Shown: positions 1 to 10,551 of the stretch, piece by piece
Position numbering within the stretch: the first letter of the stretch is position 1
How the letters are laid out: the number at the start of each line of letters is the position of its first letter
Made by a program: the position numbers and the translations under genes
The notes under the pieces: model-generated
The model's input: only the letters and a program-made list of their open reading frames with translations
Database searches by the model: none
Told to the model about the DNA's origin: nothing
From: a virus
Length of the DNA stretch: 64,000 nucleotides
IMG/VR virus record: IMGVR_UViG_3300045988_147264
Coordinates: 1-64,000 of that record
Reading direction: 5' to 3' (one strand)

Positions 1-1
1 A

Positions 2-3000
2 ATGAAGACCATTATGGAGAACACTGGTAAGACAGCCAATTATGTTCTTACAAGACTTATGGCTGATTATGAAAAGGGTAACGCTCCAATATTCAAGAAT
101 AATAGGCTTGATATTTTTGTTAAGGGCAAGAATGCCAGAGGAGAAGACTTTGCGATATCCAACATACTCAACGTAACAAGCAAGACTGTTTCGACATCTG
201 TCGTTAGGGAGCTTATGGATAATGATTTTTTCAAAAGCGGCGAATGGAATGACATTGATTCTATCATAGATTATGACGAGGATTATGATCCATACTTCAC
301 TGATGAAAAGAATCCCATTGCAAAACTTTATTCAGCCATTGAAAAATTTGGCATTAAAGTAGACAAGAAAAAATTTGCGTCATTATTTGCCGGAGATAAC
401 TTAAAGCCATCATTTGAAGAGACCAGATTCGCCAATATAGCTCAACTAGCTTATAAGATAGCAAAGCTTATTAGTAATGGTGAGAACGACGCTCGCGCGG
501 CAAACACCAAATATAAACCATTGGATCCAAGCAACGAGAACAACGTTATATACTTGATGCGTAACCTTCTTGAGAAAGTTTATCAAAACTCTGACGAAGG
601 TGTAGATCCTAGCTGCTATGTCAACGGAAAGATGTATTACAGCTATCAGTATCCTACAACAATGCAAAAGCTGCTCGCCAAGCTGTCAAACAGGGTCGGT
701 AATACAAACGCTGAGTATCTTGATTGGATGAATGACGAGTTCGGTCGCAGCATGTGGTTCTATATTCCAGGAGACACTGATTTTGATGAAGGGCATTGGA
801 ACCTTAAATGGCTTGAGAGACTTGCTAATGATCAGTCGTCAAGGGACGCACTACAGTTCATGGTAAAGATCGCATCAAATAACATTGGTTATGCTGACAT
901 GGGAGACCAATCATATAAATTGTCAATGTTATCTGATTATTTCTTTGACAATAATGGAGAATTTGCAATATACAGGACACCAATCGCATCAGATAAGAGC
1001 ACATATGAAGCAGTTAAATTTCTTAGAGTTAAAGACAAAGATCAATACACTCAAGAATTGATTGAACAGGCACATGATATATTCATGCAAGAATTAATGC
1101 GTGCAAAAAGCGTGTTTGATTATCATTTCAGAGGTGAAAAAAACGGACACATTGATAAGTTTGACATTAAGCTTAAGGGTAATAATGCCAAGATGGATGC
1201 TATTGTCAAGGATAAATATGGTCATGGAGTTGATATAAAAACATCTGACGTGATGAATAACGGCATATATATATATAATGGTACAGGAGCGTCATTCCAT
1301 ATGATACCAGCCATTGTTTATATGATGCAGACGGATACCGATTTTGCCCAAAAGGTTGTTGATGTAATCTTTAATGATAGAAAACTTGATGACTCTCTCG
1401 CAAATATGTTTGAGGAGAAATTCATGGAGCACATGAAAGAGGCCGTTGAACATGAAAAACAATCATTCGCTGATTCCGGAGTGTTTGAGCAGGAACCTTA
1501 TCAAGTATATGACGAATATGAGGACAGAGTTGTATGGACCAAGAGATATAAATATGTTGATTGGATCATAAGACAACTTAATGGAGGAAAAGAAGTTCTT
1601 GGAACAAAGGCTGACGAGCTGCTTGATGCTGCGATTGAAGAGTTTGTATATAACAATATGCTTGCGCAATGGAATATAGTTGAGATAACAACAACCGATA
1701 TGGCATTCTATGGCACAATAGAAAACTTTTCAAAACGTAACGCACAGCAACACGCTTCTGGTATACCATTTGACGCTGAGGCCGTTGTATTTGTTGACGG
1801 TAATCCAATTCGTGTGAGTGACGGTAAAATAAGAAACACTGTAATAGCGGACAACATTATATCATCTCATTCAGCGGATCAGATAAAGATAGCTCTTGAA
1901 ATGCTTGCAGAAAGAACTATAGATCCTGTCGCAAAGGCTAACATTAAGGCATCCATACCAATGATTTCTTCGCAGTATCGTGAGACAAATACCGCTGACG
2001 GTCAGGCGTACGTGTCACTTACTGGTCTTCGCAAACAGATGGCCATGGCGGGCACGTGGGACATGAATGTGCATGAGCCGATATATCAAAGATTTATCAA
2101 CGGAACACCGACTGATGATGACTTGATGTTTGTGTTTAATAATCCGCAGAAACCATTTGGAACATCTAATATTTGGCGAAATAGGGGCGGCGACACAATG
2201 CCTGATGTTCGCGTACCTACGCAGTTTAAAAACTCAGAAGTACTTCTCGCATTTGCTGGAGCGCTTGAAGCGAATGTTGGTCTTAATTCTCAGTTGGCTG
2301 CATTGTATAGATTCATGGAGGACTCACATTATACTGGAAGGATAGTACATGGCGGCAGGGTTGTTAATCCCGGAACATACAGACAAGACGGTATTGATTC
2401 AATCCAGTTTGAATCTTGCGTAAAGGTTGGTCTCAACAATAAGTCAGATGTCAATAACTTGTCTCCAATTGATACATATAATGCGTTAAGAAAGGCTGTA
2501 TATAATACAGAAGGAACATATAATCGTGATAATATTAACGAATACAGCATTGAAGGATATGTAACACAGCAGGAGGTGCCATTCCATTTTTATAATCATA
2601 AGATTCAGATTGGCTCACAGATGGCTGTAATTGCCGTTAATGATGTAAGTGACACGGCTAGGCTTGATGATCCTGGTAGTGGTAAACAAATTACTGGAAA
2701 GGAGATGAAGACGCGATACAATAACGCGTTCGCAGAGCTTATCAGTAATGCCGCAAACAGAATGCTGGGAGAACTTGGAATGACAAGAAAAAACACTTCC
2801 TCAAGAGATATAGCGCTCAACAAATCACTTTCAAGAATGATGCAGCAAAACGTCATGAGCGGAACTAAATACAGTATCGACATGTTGCGTGCAGTTTCTC
2901 TTCATGGAGGTTCTATGTCGGTCTCTCCTGAAAATGAAATGCTGTCAGATGCTGTTCAGTCGATGCTTGGATCAAGCTTCAGAAAAGCCATCTATAAGAT

Positions 3001-6000
3001 ATTTTTCAATGGTGGACAAACAGTACAGATGTCAAACTGGGGACGCAGCACAGACCTTGATTTGCGCTTTAAGGATAATAATGGCGGACTTCTCATGAAA
3101 TATAATGACTTTTGTAAGGCAAATGACCTTGATGCATATAATGGTAACGAACCGAATAAGGACGCTATTGATGCGTATAACAAATATGTTCGTGAAAATC
3201 AAGCCGGGTTTGCATATATGGAAACAATGCAGTCTATACCAAACTCGAACGTCATGGCTTATCTTACACATGTTGATCCAGACAATGGTGGAAAGCGTGT
3301 GTTTTATAAGTATCCTGCCGGACATCCAAAAGCCGGTCAGCCTTGTTTAAATGTACAGGATTTGGCAGAACTGTTTGATGTTCATATTCCGGAGAAGTTA
3401 CTCAAGTGCATATATTATCGTATTCCTACGCAGTTAAAGTCATTCATAATGCCTTGTATGATTACTGAATTTACATTACCTGGATCAGGTGATGCATCGG
3501 CTTATCCGTTAATACTTACAGTAATCAACGATTCAGACTTCGATATTGACAAGGGAAACATGCTTTTCTATGATGCCAGAGTAAGTGCTATTGGTGGCAA
3601 AACAACATTGGCTGACGACTATAGTATTGAGAAATACAATAAGGCGGATGGCTCAAAGAATCGCGAGGCAGCGTTAAGAAACGAAATGCTTGATATGCAG
3701 TGGGCTGCAATGACCGGAGACGACGCATTGAGACAACAGTTCAGGCCGGGTAACTTCGATATTATGGACCAAACATCGTATGAGTTGGAGTTATATAGAT
3801 TTGGTTTACCAAGAGAAGATGTTGAGCAAATGACACCAAAGCAAAGAGCAGCCAAATATGAAGAATTGTCATACGACCCTAGATGGTCTGACATTTCATT
3901 GATGTCAACCGCTGCCAGACTTAAAAAAGCATGTATGAACGCCAAAAAACTTATCGCCATGTCTGCTGTTCAAGAAATTGCTCACGACGTATTCAGTATG
4001 ATGACTGGCCCTGGACGATTCAGAATAGCGCAGAACGATATTAGGCCAATGAATATTGCAGGTTTAGATATAAGTGAATATGGTTCAGCATATCTTGATG
4101 AGACGGTTGACTCTGAAGGGACACTACAGAGCATTAATCTTGGTATGCTTGTTGGTGCGGCCGCAGACGGTGTGAAAAAGCCAGTGCTTGCAAGAACGAA
4201 TATTGGTATGTATACGAATAAGATATATACATTATTACTCAGGTATGGCATGACACCTAGACAGGCTATGTTGTTTGTAACACAGCCTATTATGCGTGAA
4301 GTAACAGAGGCTTACGATAATGCCTCAAATAACGGTTTCGCTGATGTTCAAAGGATAATTAGTGATATTGAGAATACTATTGATCCTAATGGAGAACTCT
4401 ATACGTTGTATAATCCTGCAATGAATAAAAATAAAACCAAGATTGTACTGTCAGAAGATGATCTTATCTCAAGACTAATTGATGACAAGAATTTCAACGC
4501 AGAATCATATATTGGCAACGCAAATTCACCAATGTTACAGGTTGATATGAGAATTCTTTCCATGTTAAGAAATCTTGATAACGCTGTCAATATGCTTGAA
4601 GGGCTCAACCAATTCTCAAGATTCACGTCAATAGTGAATGGTGAGTCACCGTCGCTCGCAAAGTCAATCGAGAAAGAATCTCGCAGAGAAAAATTCCTTA
4701 TTGATCAAGCTGGAATCAAACCGTCATTCAATGTAGTTAAATTAGATGAGCAGAATAATCCTACAATGGTAAAAACACTTGAAATTAGCGACATAAAATC
4801 ACAAATACCGTTCATTGGCGCGCGTATTGAATCTCAGGAAGCGCTACATGATGCGTTGCTTGAGGTGCAGTCGTCATATAATTCCTATGCGTTCAGAACC
4901 GCGGCAAAAATTGTTGCCAATCTTTGTGGTAGAGATTACGCCAACGAGGCTATCAATAGATCGGTTCATAAGGCAATGGCAGTATACAAGATGATCAACG
5001 GTACCGATATTAAGACATACGGAACTGGAATGCCATCTCATATTTATGGTGTGTTTAATCCAAATACTCGATCACAAAAAGAATTTGATGAGAATGTTGA
5101 TTTCTATTATAAGAACTTTGCTGGTTATTATAATGAAATGATAACAAAATACATGGACGAACTATACGGCAATAAATTCATAGAGTCCATTATTCAAATG
5201 GATGCTGATAAATATATGCCTGTACCATATTTGAAAACATCTCTCAATCATCTTGACGAGGACGGCAGACAGGCTATTATGGATGACTGGAGTGCGCTTG
5301 TAAGAAGCGACAACGAAGAAATCCAGATGCTTGGTGTTCAACTGGGAATTTATTTTGCACTACGAAGCAATATGAGATATAGCCCAAGTACACCATATCA
5401 TTTGATGCCTGTTGATGTAATAAAGTCTATTCCAAATCTTGACAGACTTGATCGTATGGAGGCAGTCAGAAACCCTCAGATCGATCTGAATGAATTTTTA
5501 GGATTGTATATTTTGAACAACACAAATCAGTCTGGTCTTGTACCTAGCGTTGACCTGCAATATCTGTCACAAGACGATCCTACATTTGGAGCAGCTGTGA
5601 TAGATTTCGATGCGTCGAACGAAGACTTATCAGACGGGAAGTCAGGTTACAATCCTATATCAAATATTGGAAGATTCTATGTAAGGCCATTTGGTGAAAC
5701 AGAAGGTTCTGACAGAATGGCAAAATTGTCTAAGGCAATTGGGCTAAAGGTTAGAAAGGATAGTATTACCGTTTCAAGACCAGTTGTAAAGTCTGGCGAC
5801 AACATAATTATGTTGACAAACAGAGATCTTGCGTTTAATGTAAACGGTTTTGAAATAGGCGAAAATATGGAAGTGATGTTCAGAACGCTAACTCCTAAGG
5901 GGGTACGTAACGGAATCGCAGAATATTTTGGTGACATCCTTGATGACGGTGTTTATGGAGATTTCGTTGCCGAGGAGAATCCGGAGATCGAAGAGAATCC

Positions 6001-6328
6001 AAATAACGTCATTACTGATGAGCAAGGATTTACTCCAAGCGGTCTTAGTTTCACACCAAACTTCGCTATAGGAAGTATTGAGCAACATTCTCCAGCAATG
6101 GAAGGAACGACAGAGCTGTCATTAAGCGCACTTGGTATCAGCCAAGGATCTCTTAGTGAAGATTTCGTCAGGCAACGTGTTGCTAACGGTCTTAACATCA
6201 ACATGTCTGATACTGAGCTGTTGAAAAAATTTGGCTTTAACACAGATGACGCTACGATAACATCAGAAGGCCGTAGAAAAGTGGCCGATCTCCTCAGAGA
6301 GGAGCTTGATAAATTAAATTTGTGCTAA
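2..6328 (+). CDS. Giant protein (>=2108 aa; 5' end lies outside the window). Candidate virion-packaged two-barrel RNA polymerase of the crAss-like type (phi14:2 gp66-like).
   Basis: Uninterrupted 6.3 kb ORF. It contains PLILTVINDSDFDIDKGNM (nt ~3503-3562), which closely parallels the bacterial beta-prime DPBB catalytic motif PLVCAAYNADFDGDQM. All three Asp are retained and the Gly is replaced by Ile. Confidence 0.55.
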   Translation: MKTIMENTGKTANYVLTRLMADYEKGNAPIFKNNRLDIFVKGKNARGEDFAISNILNVTSKTVSTSVVRELMDNDFFKSGEWNDIDSIIDYDEDYDPYFTDEKNPIAKLYSAIEKFGIKVDKKKFASLFAGDNLKPSFEETRFANIAQLAYKIAKLISNGENDARAANTKYKPLDPSNENNVIYLMRNLLEKVYQNSDEGVDPSCYVNGKMYYSYQYPTTMQKLLAKLSNRVGNTNAEYLDWMNDEFGRSMWFYIPGDTDFDEGHWNLKWLERLANDQSSRDALQFMVKIASNNIGYADMGDQSYKLSMLSDYFFDNNGEFAIYRTPIASDKSTYEAVKFLRVKDKDQYTQELIEQAHDIFMQELMRAKSVFDYHFRGEKNGHIDKFDIKLKGNNAKMDAIVKDKYGHGVDIKTSDVMNNGIYIYNGTGASFHMIPAIVYMMQTDTDFAQKVVDVIFNDRKLDDSLANMFEEKFMEHMKEAVEHEKQSFADSGVFEQEPYQVYDEYEDRVVWTKRYKYVDWIIRQLNGGKEVLGTKADELLDAAIEEFVYNNMLAQWNIVEITTTDMAFYGTIENFSKRNAQQHASGIPFDAEAVVFVDGNPIRVSDGKIRNTVIADNIISSHSADQIKIALEMLAERTIDPVAKANIKASIPMISSQYRETNTADGQAYVSLTGLRKQMAMAGTWDMNVHEPIYQRFINGTPTDDDLMFVFNNPQKPFGTSNIWRNRGGDTMPDVRVPTQFKNSEVLLAFAGALEANVGLNSQLAALYRFMEDSHYTGRIVHGGRVVNPGTYRQDGIDSIQFESCVKVGLNNKSDVNNLSPIDTYNALRKAVYNTEGTYNRDNINEYSIEGYVTQQEVPFHFYNHKIQIGSQMAVIAVNDVSDTARLDDPGSGKQITGKEMKTRYNNAFAELISNAANRMLGELGMTRKNTSSRDIALNKSLSRMMQQNVMSGTKYSIDMLRAVSLHGGSMSVSPENEMLSDAVQSMLGSSFRKAIYKIFFNGGQTVQMSNWGRSTDLDLRFKDNNGGLLMKYNDFCKANDLDAYNGNEPNKDAIDAYNKYVRENQAGFAYMETMQSIPNSNVMAYLTHVDPDNGGKRVFYKYPAGHPKAGQPCLNVQDLAELFDVHIPEKLLKCIYYRIPTQLKSFIMPCMITEFTLPGSGDASAYPLILTVINDSDFDIDKGNMLFYDARVSAIGGKTTLADDYSIEKYNKADGSKNREAALRNEMLDMQWAAMTGDDALRQQFRPGNFDIMDQTSYELELYRFGLPREDVEQMTPKQRAAKYEELSYDPRWSDISLMSTAARLKKACMNAKKLIAMSAVQEIAHDVFSMMTGPGRFRIAQNDIRPMNIAGLDISEYGSAYLDETVDSEGTLQSINLGMLVGAAADGVKKPVLARTNIGMYTNKIYTLLLRYGMTPRQAMLFVTQPIMREVTEAYDNASNNGFADVQRIISDIENTIDPNGELYTLYNPAMNKNKTKIVLSEDDLISRLIDDKNFNAESYIGNANSPMLQVDMRILSMLRNLDNAVNMLEGLNQFSRFTSIVNGESPSLAKSIEKESRREKFLIDQAGIKPSFNVVKLDEQNNPTMVKTLEISDIKSQIPFIGARIESQEALHDALLEVQSSYNSYAFRTAAKIVANLCGRDYANEAINRSVHKAMAVYKMINGTDIKTYGTGMPSHIYGVFNPNTRSQKEFDENVDFYYKNFAGYYNEMITKYMDELYGNKFIESIIQMDADKYMPVPYLKTSLNHLDEDGRQAIMDDWSALVRSDNEEIQMLGVQLGIYFALRSNMRYSPSTPYHLMPVDVIKSIPNLDRLDRMEAVRNPQIDLNEFLGLYILNNTNQSGLVPSVDLQYLSQDDPTFGAAVIDFDASNEDLSDGKSGYNPISNIGRFYVRPFGETEGSDRMAKLSKAIGLKVRKDSITVSRPVVKSGDNIIMLTNRDLAFNVNGFEIGENMEVMFRTLTPKGVRNGIAEYFGDILDDGVYGDFVAEENPEIEENPNNVITDEQGFTPSGLSFTPNFAIGSIEQHSPAMEGTTELSLSALGISQGSLSEDFVRQRVANGLNINMSDTELLKKFGFNTDDATITSEGRRKVADLLREELDKLNLC

Positions 6329-6331
6329 TAT

Positions 6332-9300
6332 ATGAAAAATTCATGTGTATTTATCCCTACTGTGAAAACAAGGGATAGAGGTGAAGTTGAGAGCAAGTTA
6401 TTCAAAGACTTGCTCTCACACACCAAAAATGACAGAACTCTCTCTGGGCAAATATATGCAGTCACTAAAATGATTGGTGGATTGAATAGGCTTGAGGGAA
6501 TCAAATATGACAAGAACGGTGAGCCGACATATAGTTCACTTAACGAGGCAATAGGTCTTGATGAAATAATCAATGGTAACAAATCCATTCACGACAAATT
6601 ATTTAATGCAGGAATAATTACAAACAGTGGTGCCGATGTTGAATTTGACAAAGCTACTGACGCATATGCAAAAGCCGCTGCATTTAATGAGTCGAATCAA
6701 GACTTGGTCGGTGTTCCCCAAAAAAGGGATGGAAAGTTTATTGTGAACGTATCCAATCAAACCGCTGCCAATATTAATGACAAGGCTCGAATAAGATTCA
6801 AGAACGATCTTAACAATAAACTTCTAACATACCTTAACAATCTCGGCTTTGATGTGTCGTTTATGGAAGACTCGAATAGAGCTGGTTTGTTTGATCCGAC
6901 AATAGCGGAAACAAATGCAAGCGGCTTAAAAACAATCATCGGTATCGCTAAAGGTGATGTTGGTGAGCAAGTATTTCCTGAAGAATTTGCACACGTCATT
7001 GTGGCAGGAATGGAAGGCAATGGTATTCTTGACAGGTTGAGACGGGTTGTTACACCGGAGACAGCAAAGGCGTTGTTTGGCGAGAATTTATATAATCAAT
7101 ATATTGAAGAGTATTCCAACGGAAAGAAAACAGCCGAGGAATACGTAGTGGATGAGGCCGTCGGAAGGCTTTTGGCTGATTATCTTAAAGAAGGAAATAC
7201 AGATTACCTTTTAAATCGCTTTTGGATGGCCGCTAAGGCTGTTTTAGAGCGAGGGTCTACCGATGACATAGATTTGCTAATAAACGAGGCGAAAATGGCC
7301 TTAAAATCGATTTCTGAGGCCATAGAGAGCGGTGATGACACCATAGTCAGCAAGGATGCTATAATGACCGCCAGATCCATGGCTCATCTTACTAAACGTA
7401 TAAGTTCAATGCGTGACATCGCAGAGGAATCCAGAGCGATTCTTGCGAAAAAGATCACACTGAACGACAAGCTGAACCTTGGCGACGAAGCGAGAGAGGA
7501 ATCAATGGCGACATTTACTGAGATAAACAAGCTCATGGATGAAAACAAGAATGCGGCTGCCGTATTGTCGTTCATGTATGATACTGCAAAAACGTTGTCG
7601 CAAATTCAGGACAACATCGTCACATTCTCTTCAATGGTGCCGAATAATGGATTATCGGCAAGCGATGGCGATATGATTCGTATGGCTGGAACCGCAAGAA
7701 CAATTACGCAGATGAGAGCGTTTAATGACGGTTACGCTGACATCATGAATGACCTGATGGGTATTCATGCATTTGTGGAGAACGGAACGATAAGTCTTGA
7801 TGAAGCAACAGAAAATGATATTCAGGAATTGGCGACACAGATTCTTGGTATGATGGCACAGATTAATTCTTATGTAAAAGACTTGCGATTCGATGCCATT
7901 AAGACAGTTGTGCAGGTATTCTACGGAAATGGCCCACAGAATAATCTGAGGTCAACGGCAAATTTTGACATCATGTCAGCCGAACAATTCATGCGGGTAT
8001 GTAATAATGACATAACAGCCGCCGGCAGATTGCTGTCATCCCTTGGAGAATCGACAAATCCTATCGCCAGTATGGTACATAGGATTGTGACTCTTCAGCA
8101 ATCAAAGCGCAACAGACGTATAATGGATATTGTGTCACGCATTGAGAATGCCAGCAAGAAACTAACAGACAAGGGTTACTCTACAGACTTCATATATCAA
8201 CGTGACGAGGATGGCATTCCTACAGGATGGCTTATTGGCCCGTACGATATGAAGGCATTTTACGATGACAGGGAGGCTTATAAGAAAACGCTTGAGGAAA
8301 ACCCTGCTCTAACAAGAGAGGATGTCGCTCGAAAGATGTATTGGTGGGACAGGAATAACACAAAGTCGGTTCTTGTAGATGAGGAAACCGGCCGTAAAGA
8401 AGATGTGCCTAAAAATCCAAAATACGCGTCTGAGGCATACGATAATCTCGATGATATACAAAAGGCTTATTATGATGAATTAATGGCTTACAAGGCACAG
8501 CTGGAATCAATGTTGCCTGGCATCTATAGATCTCTTTATAGGGCTCCGCAAATGAGGAACGACCTCGCTGAAACGTTTGATCCGATGAAGCCGGTTGAGT
8601 CAGCAAAACTCATATGGAGCTCAATGAAAGAATCGTTCATACGAAGAGAGGATGAGCAGGACTTCGGAGAAGAAGCGGTATACAGAGATGACAACGGAGT
8701 AAAACATATTTTACTTGACTTTGACGGTGAGCCAATCAGAAAAGTGCCGATATACTTTGCGAATATGATTCATGATAAGCGAAGACTCAACACTGACTTC
8801 ACAAGAGCGATGAATGCCTATGCATCAATGTGTGTAAACTATGACGAAATGTCAAAAATCACCGATATGCTTGAGATGGTTGCTTCGTACGTAAAAGAAC
8901 AATATGAAACACCTCACACATCTGGTAACAAAGAAGTACAAGGAAGAGTGTCACTGTTTGGCAGGGTATTTACAAAGCCATATCTATACGGCAAGGGTGG
9001 TTCAAATCTTTATAAGGCAATACGCTCGTTCATAGACGCAAATGTATATGGCAAGACAATGAATGATCTTGGTGAGACAAGGCTTGACAACCCGTTCTCA
9101 AACGAGGATGGAGAGGGTAAGACATATGTGATAGACCATAACACATTGTTCAAATCATTTATGGCTTACGGTAGTATAGCAAAGCTTGGTATAAACCTGT
9201 TCTCGGGATTAAGCAATGTTACAATGGGTGAAACACAAATGTATCTTGAAGCCACGGCAGGAGAGTTCTTTGGATTAAAGGACCTTGCTGTCGCTAAGAA

Positions 9301-10501
9301 AAACTACCTGAAAGACCTGCCGAAATATCTCGAGAATATGGAGAAGCGGCAAAAAAGTGACAAGATGTCATTATTGATGACACTATTTAATATGGACGAG
9401 GATGCTTTCAGAGAGATACAGGAACGCAAATATAACAATAATTTTATCAGGCGAGTGTTGGGAGACGCTTCATGGTTTTTCTTACAAACTGCCGGTGAGC
9501 ACAAACTGCATGTGACCGGAGGTTATGCAATGCTGTATAACACGAAACTATATGACAAGTCTGGCAATGAGGTGTCTAATATGTACGATGCCCTTGAAGT
9601 CGTTAAAACCGATACAGGATACACGATAAGGATTAAACCTGACATGTATATTCAATACGATGAGAAAGGCGCTCTAACGCGAAATTTGGACGCTTCTGGG
9701 GCCATTGAGAAAAACGGGGAGAAATATATCAAACTTGACAACGATTCAGCCAACCTCGGACAGTTTTTTGACAATATGAGTACATACATAAATCGTGTTA
9801 ATGCTGGGCTACATGGAGGTTACGCACAGACCGAAAAGGGCGCCGCGCATATGTCTGCAACAGGAAAACTATTGATGCAGTTCAGACAATGGATGCCAGG
9901 ACATTATAACAGGCGTTTCGCAAAGAGTTATTACGATCCGGCTACAAATACGTATAGGGCTGGATTTTACAGAACAGCGGCCACCGTATTGCTCAATATT
10001 GTCAAGGATGCCAAGCGTGGAAAACTTAATCTTGTGACCACATGGAATAATCTTGATAAAGTAGAGAAAGCGAATATGCTAAGAGCTTTTACAGAGTTGA
10101 GAATGTTCGTTTATATAATGATTGGTGCTATGCTTGGGTTCGGCGAACCACGTAAGGAAGATGGTTATTGGGGACAGAAACTATTCGCATACCAATTCAA
10201 TCGTTTAAAAACCGAGATTGGTGCGTCATTCCCGATTAACGTAGATTTCCTTAATAATGCCATGACAATCATTCAAACACCTGCGGCAGCTATTGAAAGC
10301 CTACAGGATATTATCAATATCGTGAATGTTTCAAACATGTTTGATGAGATTGAATCCGGTAGATATGAAGGGTGGAGCAAATGGGAACGCGATGCTATAA
10401 AAGCGTTGCCTTTGTCACAGATTATAAGAATACGAGATCTATCAACGGAAGATTATATATTCAACATGTATAGATCTAATAGTTATAAACCTAATAAATA
10501 A
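6332..10501 (+). CDS. Giant hypothetical protein (1389 aa), co-transcribed with the upstream RNAP candidate. Possibly an RNAP-associated or ejected protein.
   Basis: The ORF starts 4 nt after the upstream stop and there is no internal minus-strand gene. Its stop (TAA at 10499-10501) sits just before the bidirectional terminator. No recognisable catalytic motif. Confidence 0.45.
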   Translation: MKNSCVFIPTVKTRDRGEVESKLFKDLLSHTKNDRTLSGQIYAVTKMIGGLNRLEGIKYDKNGEPTYSSLNEAIGLDEIINGNKSIHDKLFNAGIITNSGADVEFDKATDAYAKAAAFNESNQDLVGVPQKRDGKFIVNVSNQTAANINDKARIRFKNDLNNKLLTYLNNLGFDVSFMEDSNRAGLFDPTIAETNASGLKTIIGIAKGDVGEQVFPEEFAHVIVAGMEGNGILDRLRRVVTPETAKALFGENLYNQYIEEYSNGKKTAEEYVVDEAVGRLLADYLKEGNTDYLLNRFWMAAKAVLERGSTDDIDLLINEAKMALKSISEAIESGDDTIVSKDAIMTARSMAHLTKRISSMRDIAEESRAILAKKITLNDKLNLGDEAREESMATFTEINKLMDENKNAAAVLSFMYDTAKTLSQIQDNIVTFSSMVPNNGLSASDGDMIRMAGTARTITQMRAFNDGYADIMNDLMGIHAFVENGTISLDEATENDIQELATQILGMMAQINSYVKDLRFDAIKTVVQVFYGNGPQNNLRSTANFDIMSAEQFMRVCNNDITAAGRLLSSLGESTNPIASMVHRIVTLQQSKRNRRIMDIVSRIENASKKLTDKGYSTDFIYQRDEDGIPTGWLIGPYDMKAFYDDREAYKKTLEENPALTREDVARKMYWWDRNNTKSVLVDEETGRKEDVPKNPKYASEAYDNLDDIQKAYYDELMAYKAQLESMLPGIYRSLYRAPQMRNDLAETFDPMKPVESAKLIWSSMKESFIRREDEQDFGEEAVYRDDNGVKHILLDFDGEPIRKVPIYFANMIHDKRRLNTDFTRAMNAYASMCVNYDEMSKITDMLEMVASYVKEQYETPHTSGNKEVQGRVSLFGRVFTKPYLYGKGGSNLYKAIRSFIDANVYGKTMNDLGETRLDNPFSNEDGEGKTYVIDHNTLFKSFMAYGSIAKLGINLFSGLSNVTMGETQMYLEATAGEFFGLKDLAVAKKNYLKDLPKYLENMEKRQKSDKMSLLMTLFNMDEDAFREIQERKYNNNFIRRVLGDASWFFLQTAGEHKLHVTGGYAMLYNTKLYDKSGNEVSNMYDALEVVKTDTGYTIRIKPDMYIQYDEKGALTRNLDASGAIEKNGEKYIKLDNDSANLGQFFDNMSTYINRVNAGLHGGYAQTEKGAAHMSATGKLLMQFRQWMPGHYNRRFAKSYYDPATNTYRAGFYRTAATVLLNIVKDAKRGKLNLVTTWNNLDKVEKANMLRAFTELRMFVYIMIGAMLGFGEPRKEDGYWGQKLFAYQFNRLKTEIGASFPINVDFLNNAMTIIQTPAAAIESLQDIINIVNVSNMFDEIESGRYEGWSKWERDAIKALPLSQIIRIRDLSTEDYIFNMYRSNSYKPNK

Positions 10502-10505
10502 GCAC

Positions 10506-10544
10506 AAAAAAAAGAGGCACTCGTTTTCGGGTGTCTCTTTTTTT
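10506..10544. terminator. Bidirectional rho-independent terminator at the convergence of the plus and minus gene blocks.
   Basis: A8 tract, then stem AGAGGCAC/GTGTCTCT (8 bp including one G-U wobble) with loop TCGTTTTCGG, then T7 tract. The hairpin is flanked by U-tracts on both strands. Confidence 0.7.
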
Positions 10545-10551
10545 ATATATA

